From: Batkoa obscura
Lineage: Eukaryota
Direction of reading: 5' to 3'
DNA length: 39,379 nt
NCBI GenBank assembly: GCA_030770535.1
Contig: JASVEC010000157.1
Location: forward strand, 1-39,379
Position numbers and translations under genes: made by a program
Notes under the pieces: generated by a model
Databases searched by the model: none
What the model saw: the letters and a program-made list of their open reading frames with translations, nothing else
What the model was told of the DNA's origin: nothing
Shown here: positions 1 to 10,767 of the stretch, one piece after another
Numbering within the stretch: the stretch's first letter is position 1
Layout of the letters: the number at the start of each line of letters is the position of its first letter

Positions 1-1438
1 ATACGAGCAAGTCAAATCGCCTGATAACAATAGAGAGCTATATGCTTCCTTTGGCAACTTCCAAAATATTCACCGGATAATGAGCTTGCGCAATATAATA
101 ATTCTACCAAAGCGCTCACCTACAACAGCAGAAGCTATATACCTTTCTGCATTATTAAAATCAAGTATAAATTTAGCAGCACTTGTGCGAAAACATTGGA
201 CTGATTATTTTAGTATATTTAATTTTGAAAACATAAACTATTTTAACTCAATAATAAATAAAGCTATAGATAATTATTTTGCTTATAACAATAAAACATT
301 TCCCATGTTTGTAAGAGAAAATTTCAAACTATCGTCAAAGAATGAGACTTTAAGAATGGCTATACTAGTGTGTGGTTTAAAATACATGGAGAAATGTGAA
401 ATTGCTAGTAATTTAATGGAATACTTTAAAGCTAAACTGAGGATAGTAATAGGTATACCACATCAGATTAAACCGAGCCTGAGCAATTTACAATCAATCG
501 CAGCATTGTTAGTAGGTTTTAGTTCTATTACTTGGATACGGGATCAATTTGAACTATATCTTGCCATATTTGAGAAGCTGGCACAAACCCTTGGGCTACA
601 TATGACATACAAAAATATGGATACCATGTATAAGCTAGAACGTGCCATGACATATTCCTCGATTACAATGATACAACTTGCATATAAATTAGTATCCGGG
701 AGTTATTTTTCAAAACCTGAAAGGCCTAGATATTTAAGTATAAAGTATATCGAAATTTTAGATAGGCTATTGACTTGCAAAATAGTCTCTACTGAAGATC
801 AAAACAGTAGAGCTTTTGATCTTGATTGCAATATTATTTTAAGTTCATTTTATAACGATTTCAGCCTTATCACTTTCTCAATACTTTTACTCAAAGAAAG
901 CCATATAGAACTGGGGAGCTGTGGTAGCTCTCTAAGTAGAACAATATTTAAACTAATGAACAAAGCAGATTTTCTGAGGAGCCATTATTATAAACTTTTG
1001 ATTTTAGTGGGAGTTATTAATAGTTCAAAAACACATCGCACTAAGGCATTGAAATATCAACAAATAATATTATTTTTTTCACACTATTTAAAATTTATTA
1101 TTCAATCTTTAAAATTCCCACAAATTTCCACTTTAAATGACTATAATCAAAGTAAAGAAATGAAAGAAACACATTATTTCAATACTATACTAATAGAATG
1201 CTATTTAGTCATTAGTTATGGGATAAGGCTACCCTCTTATCATATGTTTCATTTTGGTCTAGGGATGATTATTCAATGCTTAATATTCCTTTTAAAATAC
1301 AAAGGTAAAAGTATGTTGAATTTTAATGGTATTATTAAAGATGGAATAAACTATATGAATGGGTTAAGCAGTATCAATAATTTCTACAATTTAGCAACAG
1401 ATAATATTGAAAGTATTGAATACTCAAAAGTAAAATAG
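1..1438 (+). CDS. Fungal Zn2Cys6-family transcription factor paralog, 5'-partial (zinc cluster would lie upstream of the window)
   Basis: The frame is open from base 2 (YEQVKSPDNN...) through ATG 80 to TAG 1438. Colinear similarity to 3704..5428: NKTFPMFVR/NKIFPVLIR, GIPHQIKPSLSNLQ/GTPHLIKPTLQNVQ, LERAMTYS/LERAMLYS, FGLGMIIQC/FGLGIITQC. No introns in the visible part. Confidence 0.85.
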   Translation, partial: YEQVKSPDNNRELYASFGNFQNIHRIMSLRNIIILPKRSPTTAEAIYLSALLKSSINLAALVRKHWTDYFSIFNFENINYFNSIINKAIDNYFAYNNKTFPMFVRENFKLSSKNETLRMAILVCGLKYMEKCEIASNLMEYFKAKLRIVIGIPHQIKPSLSNLQSIAALLVGFSSITWIRDQFELYLAIFEKLAQTLGLHMTYKNMDTMYKLERAMTYSSITMIQLAYKLVSGSYFSKPERPRYLSIKYIEILDRLLTCKIVSTEDQNSRAFDLDCNIILSSFYNDFSLITFSILLLKESHIELGSCGSSLSRTIFKLMNKADFLRSHYYKLLILVGVINSSKTHRTKALKYQQIILFFSHYLKFIIQSLKFPQISTLNDYNQSKEMKETHYFNTILIECYLVISYGIRLPSYHMFHFGLGMIIQCLIFLLKYKGKSMLNFNGIIKDGINYMNGLSSINNFYNLATDNIESIEYSKVK

Positions 1439-1811
1439 TGCCCTTTGTATTTTATCTTATTTTATTTTTTAATTCAAATAAAGGCACTTTTATAAAGGTT
1501 TTATTGTTTATAATAAGATTTACAATGTGAAAATAAATTGAATTTTTGAATAAACTAAGATTAACTAGTTGAAAAAAATATGTTATTAAATTATAATAAA
1601 TAGGCTATTTAAAAGAATATTTTCAATAGGATATTTTGAAAGTTATTAGAGCTTTGGAAATGATGTAGGTCCCTTTTTATAATATATCCTAGAACCAATT
1701 ACTTGAAAGATGTTGTCTATATTAATGATAAAATTTTTAAAAAACCTTGGCAAAATTTCTTAACTATTTTTTGTTATTTAAGAGTCATAACAAAGTAGTA
1801 TGCAAAAATTT

Positions 1812-1917
1812 ATCTGGGGATGTTTTTTCTAGCTTCATCCTTTTTTTCGTTTTTTAAGTGCTATTTGAGTGAAAGGATTGTTAGTAAAACTCTTAAACAA
1901 AAAAATACATCTCCATC
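1812..1917 (+). mobile_element. MITE copy 1 (~105 bp family)
   Basis: ctggggatgttttttctagcttcat...aagtgctatttgagtgaaagg...aaaaatacatctccat; matches the family consensus and has TIRs. Confidence 0.85.
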
Positions 1918-2872
1918 TTTTATCTTTTGTTGAAACGATTATTGCAGCCATGATATTTGATTCCAGATTTAAAAATATATATAAAATGACTAATTTCAAA
2001 CATTTCTCTATGTTTATAAAATTTAATAATTTAAGCTAATGTGAAAAGCTCTGATACATATTGTAAAACCCTAATGTTTAAATTATGTTTAAGGAAAACT
2101 ATAAAAGAATATTCTAGATGTCGCATAAATTATCTAATATACTTAAATTAAGAGTATACAAAGTCATATCTTTCAACTTGTAAGTTTCATTCTTTTTTTT
2201 AAAACAAATAAAATAAAACGAATAATAAAAAAGCTGACTAGTTAACAAAATATTTTAATATGCCGATTCTTTTCGTTTAAAGAGGATTGTAACTTTGGGT
2301 GTTTTATTACATTAATAATAAAATATTGGATACTTAAGTTGCCCAGATTAAGGGATAAAGTCACCAATGAAGTTCCTTTAATAAACTGAGAATTACACAA
2401 CTGATCCTTATTTTCGAAAGCAATAGGAAAGTGGAATATAGCCCACTCCACTTATGTTTTCTAAAATATTGCCCATAAATAATATTTAGTTTAACTACGT
2501 TATGCTTCAAATTAATAAATAAACTGTTTTGGATCTTACAAAATTTACATTTTGTATTTTATATTTTATATTTTTTAAATATTTCGATTCTTTATTCTAA
2601 ATATTACTTTTTCTTTTTTTACAAACTTTTATAAAATTCAACTAAGCTGAGCCAAAAATATGAATTTGTATCTTGTTATAAATATATACATGTAATGTTC
2701 ATTTTGGATTATAAAAATTAAGACATATATTTAGTATACTTAAATCATACTCCCAATGTGAACAAATATTAAGCGATATTGAAAATGCTAAAATTTATGT
2801 TTATGTGGCTTCTCTTGGTAAATCACCTTTCTATTTATAGTGTGTTGTTTCATAATAGTATAGTAAAAATTA

Positions 2873-2981
2873 ACATGGAGCTGTTTTTTTGGTTTCATAA
2901 CTTTTTCCATTTTCTAAGCGCTATTTGAGCGGGGAGATTGTTAGTAAAATTATTAAGCAAAAAAAATACATCTTCACATGT
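2873..2981 (+). mobile_element. MITE copy 2
   Basis: acatggagctgtttttttggtttcat...aagcgctatttgagcgggg...aaaaatacatcttcacatgt. Confidence 0.85.
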
Positions 2982-3703
2982 TAAACAAAATTAAGTATAT
3001 TGCATTTTTATTTATAAATCATTTGAAAAATCACATAATATAATTTTTAAATTAGAATACAAACTTTCTTGTAGACATTTATTATGGCTCTTTTTAGCTT
3101 TTATAAAACTCTCGAGACATTTTTGTAAAGCACGAAACTAAAAGTCACTTGATATATGATGGAACATTTCATTAATAATTAAATATGATAACAATTTCGT
3201 ATTTATTATTAAATCATATGCTATTAAATCATTAGGCAGAAGTTTACAAATCCTAATAGAATTTTTTATGGCTTAACTCATGAAGGTTAAATGAGTACAA
3301 ACATAGCAACTGACTCCCTTTTACACTAAATAAAAAGCCATGTATATCGTTATGGTTTTGCTTAAGTAAAATAATTGACATAGCTATGCCAATATCTGTT
3401 AAGCTGAAACTCAGAATTATCACTTCTTATAAATTTATACTATAGAGGCTATTAATAGAAATAGGAATATTTAGTGCATATATTAAATTTTTGTTAATAA
3501 ACAAGATTTAAATTATAGTGTAATTACGGTAATGAATAAACTAAATAAATGTGTTATTGGCCTTGAAATAGGAATAACTGAGGCAGATTTTAGATAAATT
3601 AATCAATAAGCTTTGGATATCTAGTACCTCAAATTTTTGCGACTTTCGTAAAAGTATATTAAAACCTTTCTAACTTTTTTACTTTTTATTTTTGTAATAT
3701 TGA

Positions 3704-5428
3704 ATGCAATCAAACATACAAACTACTTCCCGTAGTTCAACTAGATGCGACAGATGCATAAAGCTTCATCGAAAATGTAATAGATCATTACCAAATTGTC
3801 AATATTGCGAAAAAAGGAAAGCGTTGTGCACTTATTTAACAAAGAATATATATAGCAAACAGCTGCTTACAATAGAGGATAATATATCTAGTTTTAAGCT
3901 AGAAGGGTCAGCAAAAAAAAGGGTCGCAAATAAAGCTAAATTGCAAAAAGAAAAAATAGAAAGCAAAGATATGCATAACAAGGGATTGCAGCTAGTTAAA
4001 TCAATAAAGGCTTTTCAAAATCAAACGGTATTAGAAATATTTAGAAGCTATCCAGACAAGAGGTCTTTCCAAAATTTGATGACTTTATTTCAATATCCAT
4101 CACTATTTAGTCAAAACGAGAATCAATCTGTTTTGCTAGACCTAAGCTTAAAATTTGCACCATTAGTAAAGAGCCAAAGAACACTTAGACCACATAGTAT
4201 ACCAGAAACAAGAAGGATAGTAAATTTAAATTTAATATTAAATAAAGCGTATGAGAGTTTTTTTATGTATAGTAATAAAATATTCCCAGTACTTATAAGG
4301 TCACATTTTGATATTTCTTCAAAGGAAGATCCTTTAAAAATGTCGATATTATTAGTTGGTTTAACCTATATGGAAAAAAGTGAAGTAACTAACTACCTTG
4401 AAGGATATTTCAAAAGCAAACTTAGAATTTATCTTGGTACACCTCATTTAATCAAACCGACGTTACAAAATGTGCAAGCAATTTCTGTACTATTATTTTA
4501 TTCACATTCAATTAATTGGGTTTATTCTCAATTTACAAATTATCTTGGATATTGTGCAAAAGCAATCCACCTTTTAGGCCTAGATTCCTATTCCAATAAA
4601 ATCCATCCACATAAGTTACTCGAAAGAGCCATGCTGTACTCATGCCTAACAATGCTTCAAACTTTTATTATTTTAATAACTGGATTTTATTTGTCTATGC
4701 CACGAAAGCCAAAATATTTGTTATATCAATATTTTAACGTTAGGGTTAACCTTGCAATGAATAACAAAGTGATGCTTATTACCAAAGAAAGCTTTGATAT
4801 AAGTTGCAAAATTACGATGTGTTCATTTTATTGTGATTTAAGTTTAATAGCGTTCCATATTCGTTTACTAAAAGAAAGTTATATAGTCTGTAATGATGAT
4901 ATAAGGATAAAAGAAGTAACAACACATCTGTTGAACAAAATTAAAAAAGTGAAAGAGCATTACTTTACTATAATTATTCAACTAGGTATACCATCATATA
5001 CAGGAAGCTTAAATCCATCAATTCGAGTCTATATAAATGTCATATTATTTCTTTGTCATTTTTTGAAATTTTTTTCATTATCTCTAAAATTTTATCATCC
5101 TATGCAAATAGATACATCTCACTTTTCAACTCAGTTTTCACTAGAAAACGAAACAAAATATTTAAACGAAATATTAATTGAGTGCCATTTAACTATTATT
5201 TATGGTACAAAGTTAAAGATACTTGAGATGTTTAGCTTTGGGTTGGGTATAATTACTCAATGTATCATCTTTCTTATTCGGTATAAAGCAAAAAGCAGTC
5301 TAAGTTTCAATAATACGGTTGAAAATGGATTATACTATTTGAAACAGTCAAGTAAAATTGAAATATTTCACACCATGGCTACTATCAATATTAATATTAT
5401 TGAATACATCAAAAGTAAATATGCTTGA
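3704..5428 (+). CDS. Zn(II)2Cys6 (GAL4-like) transcription factor, intronless, 574 aa
   Basis: N-terminal CDRCIKLHRKCNRSLPNCQYCEKRKALC is a Cx2Cx6Cx6Cx2Cx6C cluster, followed by a fungal TF middle-homology-like region. Confidence 0.93.
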   Translation: MQSNIQTTSRSSTRCDRCIKLHRKCNRSLPNCQYCEKRKALCTYLTKNIYSKQLLTIEDNISSFKLEGSAKKRVANKAKLQKEKIESKDMHNKGLQLVKSIKAFQNQTVLEIFRSYPDKRSFQNLMTLFQYPSLFSQNENQSVLLDLSLKFAPLVKSQRTLRPHSIPETRRIVNLNLILNKAYESFFMYSNKIFPVLIRSHFDISSKEDPLKMSILLVGLTYMEKSEVTNYLEGYFKSKLRIYLGTPHLIKPTLQNVQAISVLLFYSHSINWVYSQFTNYLGYCAKAIHLLGLDSYSNKIHPHKLLERAMLYSCLTMLQTFIILITGFYLSMPRKPKYLLYQYFNVRVNLAMNNKVMLITKESFDISCKITMCSFYCDLSLIAFHIRLLKESYIVCNDDIRIKEVTTHLLNKIKKVKEHYFTIIIQLGIPSYTGSLNPSIRVYINVILFLCHFLKFFSLSLKFYHPMQIDTSHFSTQFSLENETKYLNEILIECHLTIIYGTKLKILEMFSFGLGIITQCIIFLIRYKAKSSLSFNNTVENGLYYLKQSSKIEIFHTMATININIIEYIKSKYA

Positions 5429-5548
5429 AATTTAAATTTTAATAAACTTTCAACTTCATTGTTTTATAAGCTATTGAATGTTAATACTATTTATTATTTA
5501 TAATTTATCAAATAAAATTCTTATATTCGACTAAAAAGTAAAAAATAA

Positions 5549-5652
5549 ATAATGGGATATTCTTTTTAACTTCATTACTTTTTCTATTTTAAGCACTACT
5601 TGAGTGGAAAGATTGTAGTAAAATTCTTAAACAAAAAAACACACCCCCTAAT
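5549..5652 (+). mobile_element. MITE copy 3
   Basis: aatgggatattctttttaacttcattac...aagcactacttgagtggaaag...aaaaaaacacaccccct. Confidence 0.85.
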
Positions 5653-6044
5653 ATTATTAAACTATGTTTAAACAAATTTGTAAAAATAAAATCAAAATCA
5701 AACAAATAATAACATGTAAAGCCAATCTTCCTGTATACCCTTAATACCTTAAAGCAGCCGCTACTCTTTATATTTATCATTTGATCATATTAAAGTTTAC
5801 CAAGTAGTAAAAATGAAATAAATATAGTCAAATATTCAATTAATGGCTTTAAGTGTATACACAGATCCTTGGTACATACTTATTCTTTTCGTGTTTATTA
5901 TCTCAAATATAAAGTAAATGACCACGATTTTATATAAAACTTGAATTAATTGCTTATTATGGCCCTTTGTATGAAAAATTAGCATTGAAAGTGTAAAAAA
6001 TTTGATTGTATTATCTCATTACACATTATTTTATTGTTACAATT

Positions 6045-7748
6045 TTAATTAAAATATGAAAGTTGGTTAAAAGTAGTTGCTAGATGTCTTGGTAATTCAT
6101 AGTGATCAAGGGCACTCTTAATGGAATCTAAAGCAAACCTAGCTTGGCTTGAGACTCTTTTACTGTTATATGTTTGTAATAGATTTAGTTTTTCTATCAT
6201 TTTCAAACAAATATTCTCACTTTTGTTGTATAACTCTAAGTAGTTGTTATCTTTAAAATGCAGTATATTGAAATAAAAATATATACTATATATTATTTGA
6301 CTTAAATAGGGTAGCTCATAATTTGCGTGGTATTGAATCTCATCGCCTCTAGGAGTAAGTTTAATAAATGAAGTATTTTTTAGTACATTTAAGTAGATAT
6401 CTTTATCTAAAAAGCTTTCACTAATCTTGTTAGAAATCTCGAATAGCAACTCTATTTCATGTCTTGGAAAAATAATTGGTTTTGGGTATATCAACACTGA
6501 AGGGTAATACAATGAAATAAAATTTGTTTGTTGTATAATATAAAAATAATAATGCAAATTAGAGCCGTAATTATCTTCTCGATCACCGTCAAATTGATAG
6601 GTTTGATTCAAGTTTAGAATAGAAACCAAACAAAAACTGAAATCATCTGAAGATAATTTTAATTCTTCGACTGGTATTTTAGAATAATCTTTTTCATTAT
6701 ACTTTAGTTTTAATTTGTATACATGATTGGCTATTTTCATATTAACTTCTCCTATATTCTTTACAACTGTGGTTTGTAACCACTCTCCAACAAGTCCCTT
6801 TTTAACTAAAGATTTAAAATCGAAGTTGTTTACTTTCCTACTATTTTGAATGAATGGTGATAGTACCTGAATATCAAAACGTATTAAAGGAAAATCAGGT
6901 ATGGTAGAGCATAATATAAGATAATTTACATACAGCGTTTTCCAAAGCTTGGTTCCTTTTTCAAAATCACTAGAATTAGCAAACTGGTTATCACAATTGT
7001 TATAATTCAAGCATTCTGCCATTCTGATAGCAGAAGTGTAATAAAGTTTGGCTTTAGCATAATTGAAATGTGTTAAACTAACATAGGTTAGCAAGCCAAG
7101 CGCAACAATATCGCTATAAGTAGGTGAGGAATAAGCCAGTGGTAAGAGCTGCTTTATTTTCCTTAAGCAGCTCCCATATATATATTTGTAAAGGCTTCCC
7201 TTGCGAGATAGTGTAAACCTTGCTAACATTGCTAAATATGCGCAAGATAATAAATCAGGCTTTCGATTTAGATCAACGTATTCATTCAAATTCTCAAACC
7301 ATAATTTATAAGGATCGATTACTTTGACAAAAACTTCTCTCCCTTGTTCTAAGAATGTACCATATTTTTGTCCGATATTTATTATTATTTTATTATCTAT
7401 AGTAAAATAACGTTCATTTGAGTCATAGTATTTGTGAAAATTTAATATAGCCGACTTTATCTTATACTCATAAGCGAGTATCTCTGTCTCATATTCGATA
7501 CATTTTATGTTATTTTCATTCAACTCTTTTAAAATAACATTAATCCATCTTATATATTCTAAAAATCTTAATTAGTATTATTTGATTATTTTAAAATTAC
7601 CATATGTTAGACCTTTAATATCCTTATTACTACACTGTAATATACTTTTAGAATTGTTTATTAATATCTCCAAGTTGTCAAGTCTTATTCTAAACGCGTC
7701 CGCTTGGCTTCTTATTTTTTGGGGTCGATTCCTCTTTTTTACTTCCAT
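6045..7748 (-). CDS. Fungal-specific transcription factor domain protein apparently lacking the Zn2Cys6 cluster; 2 exons (7748-7601, 7558-6045)
   Basis: ATG at 7748 gives MEVKKRNRPQKIRSQADAFRIRLDNLE. A 42-nt intron at 7600-7559 (gtaatt...tactaat...tttag) joins it in frame to the 492-aa ORF. Fungal_trans-like motifs: PTYSDIVALGLL, AKLYYTSAIRMAECLNY, LWKTLY. Confidence 0.75.
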
Positions 7749-8228
7749 TTTTCAAAGAATGATTAGAGAAGCTTGGCAAACTTAACAAATTTTAATCAAA
7801 CTGGATTTCACTAAAAACTTATAATTTGGTTCAATTATTTAACTAAAATTGCAAATTTGGTTCAATCCTAAGTAGTGGCTTTAAATGGTGACTGTTTTAC
7901 AAAGGGGCAAAATCGTGAAAATTCTAGAACATGAGAAATTTTAATTAATTTGAAAAGGGTCAAAATTTAAAATCATTTTAATAATATTGACCTCAAATAT
8001 CAAATATCGATAAATTAGCTACAGTTTCATTACTGTTTGATTCATGACAATATTAGTATTGTTTATTGTTTATCTTTAATATATGATGTATTGACTTTTT
8101 ACTATTCCTTTTAACTTAATTATCAAAAAATAGGCTAGAAACCAAACAAATTATGAATAAATTAGTTTATTAAAATTCTAAACAGGCTAATATCACTAGC
8201 TAAATATTGAAATAACTTTTAAGACGCC

Positions 8229-9302
8229 TTAAATAAAAAAACTCTCTAAAGCGGAATGATTTGAGTTCTTAAACCCATGCCAGATAGGCTTTGCGTTCTT
8301 TGATTGAATAGGATTAAGTTGACTGGATTCTGGTTGAGGGTAAGAAGAATTAAAAATTTCTAATAAATTGGTAATCACTTCTTGAAGTTGACAGTCTGCA
8401 TTTATCATATGGAATGGAAAATGTTTCATCAAACATGTTACTGAACCCATGTTTTGTTCAAAAGCTTTGTAACGGGTAAGAACAAGTTGTTCACTAAGAT
8501 CAGTACATCTTTCTTCTATAAGGCTTCCTTTACCACTTTCCAACACCTTTTGATTATGCAATTTGGCTTGCATACCCCTTTGCATCTGACGAACTAAACT
8601 GGTTTGTTTTGAAATATACAAAATGGCTACTTTAAAAGAAGGTAAAGGGAAACGTTGGGTCAAACCAGTGTTTAGAGAAGATTGATTAAGCTGCTTTAAC
8701 TTGTTAGAAAGATGAACTAAACAGTCTACCTGTATCTGGGTTCTCGGAAATCCATCTACAATTAATGGTACTGATTGATCACGTTCCATACATGCAAATA
8801 TTAAATGTTCTAATACCGTAGCATCATCAATCATTATACCTTGATCAATTAGTTCTTTCATTGCCGGTGATTTTAATAAAGAACTCATACAAATTGGCGT
8901 ATTTGTTGAGCGCTGGGCTTCAATTATATGCGGCGTAACCGTACCCTTTCCTGAGCCTGGTGCTCCAATTAAAAACAAGATATCTCTTGGCATGGTAAAA
9001 TTAAGTAAACCTACTTCATTTTCTATTTTTTCCCACACTCTATCAAACAATTGTTTTGATTCTGTAACGTTGATGTCTTGAGTAGAAACTGAACTTTTTT
9101 CTACTAATAATGAGGATGCAGGTTCAAAGTTAGAACTGGTAGTAGACAAATTGCGCTCCTGTTGTTTGAAAGTAGAAATTGGCTTATTTGGAGTAGAGTA
9201 GGTTTGTAGTAATGGTTTATAACTAAATCTTAAGGTCGGAGATAATACACCACGTAATGGACGAGCTAAAGGAGATATAATCTTTGGGCTTAAAGTATTC
9301 AT
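8229..9302 (-). CDS. Atypical adenylate/NMP kinase with a probable mitochondrial presequence, intronless
   Basis: P-loop GAPGSGKGT and NMP-binding motif IVDGFPRT. The N-terminal ~45 aa are rich in R/K/S/L/P and contain no acidic residues. Confidence 0.88.
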   Translation of the reverse strand: MNTLSPKIISPLARPLRGVLSPTLRFSYKPLLQTYSTPNKPISTFKQQERNLSTTSSNFEPASSLLVEKSSVSTQDINVTESKQLFDRVWEKIENEVGLLNFTMPRDILFLIGAPGSGKGTVTPHIIEAQRSTNTPICMSSLLKSPAMKELIDQGIMIDDATVLEHLIFACMERDQSVPLIVDGFPRTQIQVDCLVHLSNKLKQLNQSSLNTGLTQRFPLPSFKVAILYISKQTSLVRQMQRGMQAKLHNQKVLESGKGSLIEERCTDLSEQLVLTRYKAFEQNMGSVTCLMKHFPFHMINADCQLQEVITNLLEIFNSSYPQPESSQLNPIQSKNAKPIWHGFKNSNHSALESFFI

Positions 9303-10767
9303 TTTAAACTAAAACTATTGAATTAAATAAAAAATGATAAATTTAGTTTTATATTTCCATTAAAATAAGTTGGAAGTGATGTTAAAGATTGAATTAATAG
9401 ATTTGAATCTTAAATTTGGATCTTGTTTGTTTAAATATTAGCTAAATTTGATATATTGGGGATGGAGTTTTATTCAAATATTTTAATTTGGGAATTAAGC
9501 CAATGAAATTTTACTTTTTGCCCCACCCCCATTTTAAGCTTTATAGTTATTTAGGGTTTTAATTAGTGGATTAAAGAGGGGCATCAGGTTGATCTAAAAG
9601 GTAATAAAAATTACCAATCATTTAATCATTATTGAAATAATGCTTAGTTGATTACGTTAAAATAAAAGGGAAAATGTTATGTTGGTAAAGGATATGATCT
9701 CACCTTCTGCTTAAAATATATAATATCCGATTTAAGCAGAGTTATAAATAGTATCAAATTTGTAAGAAACTTACAAACTATATTGTTATTAAGCGATGAT
9801 AAAGAATTTTATTAATTTATAATAATATTGTTTTTGAAAGTATAAAATAGTAAGTAATTAATATAAAATAAATAAAATTAAAACAAAGTTACAATTTCAC
9901 ATAAGTTTATTGAAATATTAACAAATTTGGGTACATTATAGTCGGTATTGGTTAAACATTAAAATTTAATATCAAATATTAACTTTGTCTTGCGAAATAA
10001 GCACTAGACCTATATACCATAAGTGGGGTCATTGATCAATATTGTTTTTATGCGCGATAGCTTAAAGCCGTATAATTATAATATTAAATTCAAACACTTT
10101 AAAGTGTAAAACATAATAACCGCTTGCTAACAAATTATTATAAATTAACTTAATTGCATTACTACATTAATAAATTAGGTATTTTAAGAAAAGGCTTTTA
10201 GAGAGAACTGAAATTAATATTAGTATACTTACCTGTATGTATGAATAATATCAGAAAACATTATATGTGGTACCTCATAAAGCTCTTACTAATTTATAAC
10301 TCCTCCAAGATTTTAAAAAATAATACTACATGTCTTACTAAAAGTTAAGGGCAGTAGTTATAATCAATAGTAGTAATATTATTAAAAACGTTAGCCATTT
10401 TTTATTGTTTAGTCTCTCTATATTTAGTATATTCCTTGATTTAAAAAGTTTAATAAAATCACTAATAAAATAGTAAAAAGCTTGTAGTAATTAAAGTTGC
10501 TGTAAAAGGATAAAAACATAATAAAATATAACGAAAATAAGACTATAAATATATTATTTGATTTTTATAAGCTTTGGATGGTGCTAGATATAAATGAGTT
10601 TGGTAAAATTTTATTCTAATTTTATTCCTTGTAATTTTGGGGTAAAGTTAATGTAAGAATTCTTTATAGTGCATTTTGTAAACAATATTAAAATTGAAAT
10701 TAGAATTAAAATCCAAGTATTTTATTTAATTTGTGACTTTACTGCTTATAAGCTAACTTAGTTGTAC

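Noticed and set aside
2242..2451. 69-aa ORF
   Set aside because: GTG start, no recognisable motif and no similarity to the neighbouring TFs.
5589..5780. Small ORFs 5589..5780, 17700..17993, 29530..29718 and 34693..34920 as genes
   Set aside because: Each overlaps a MITE copy, and the peptide similarity among them comes from the repeat.
7582..7785. 67-aa plus-strand ORF
   Set aside because: Antisense shadow of exon 1 of the 6045..7748 gene.
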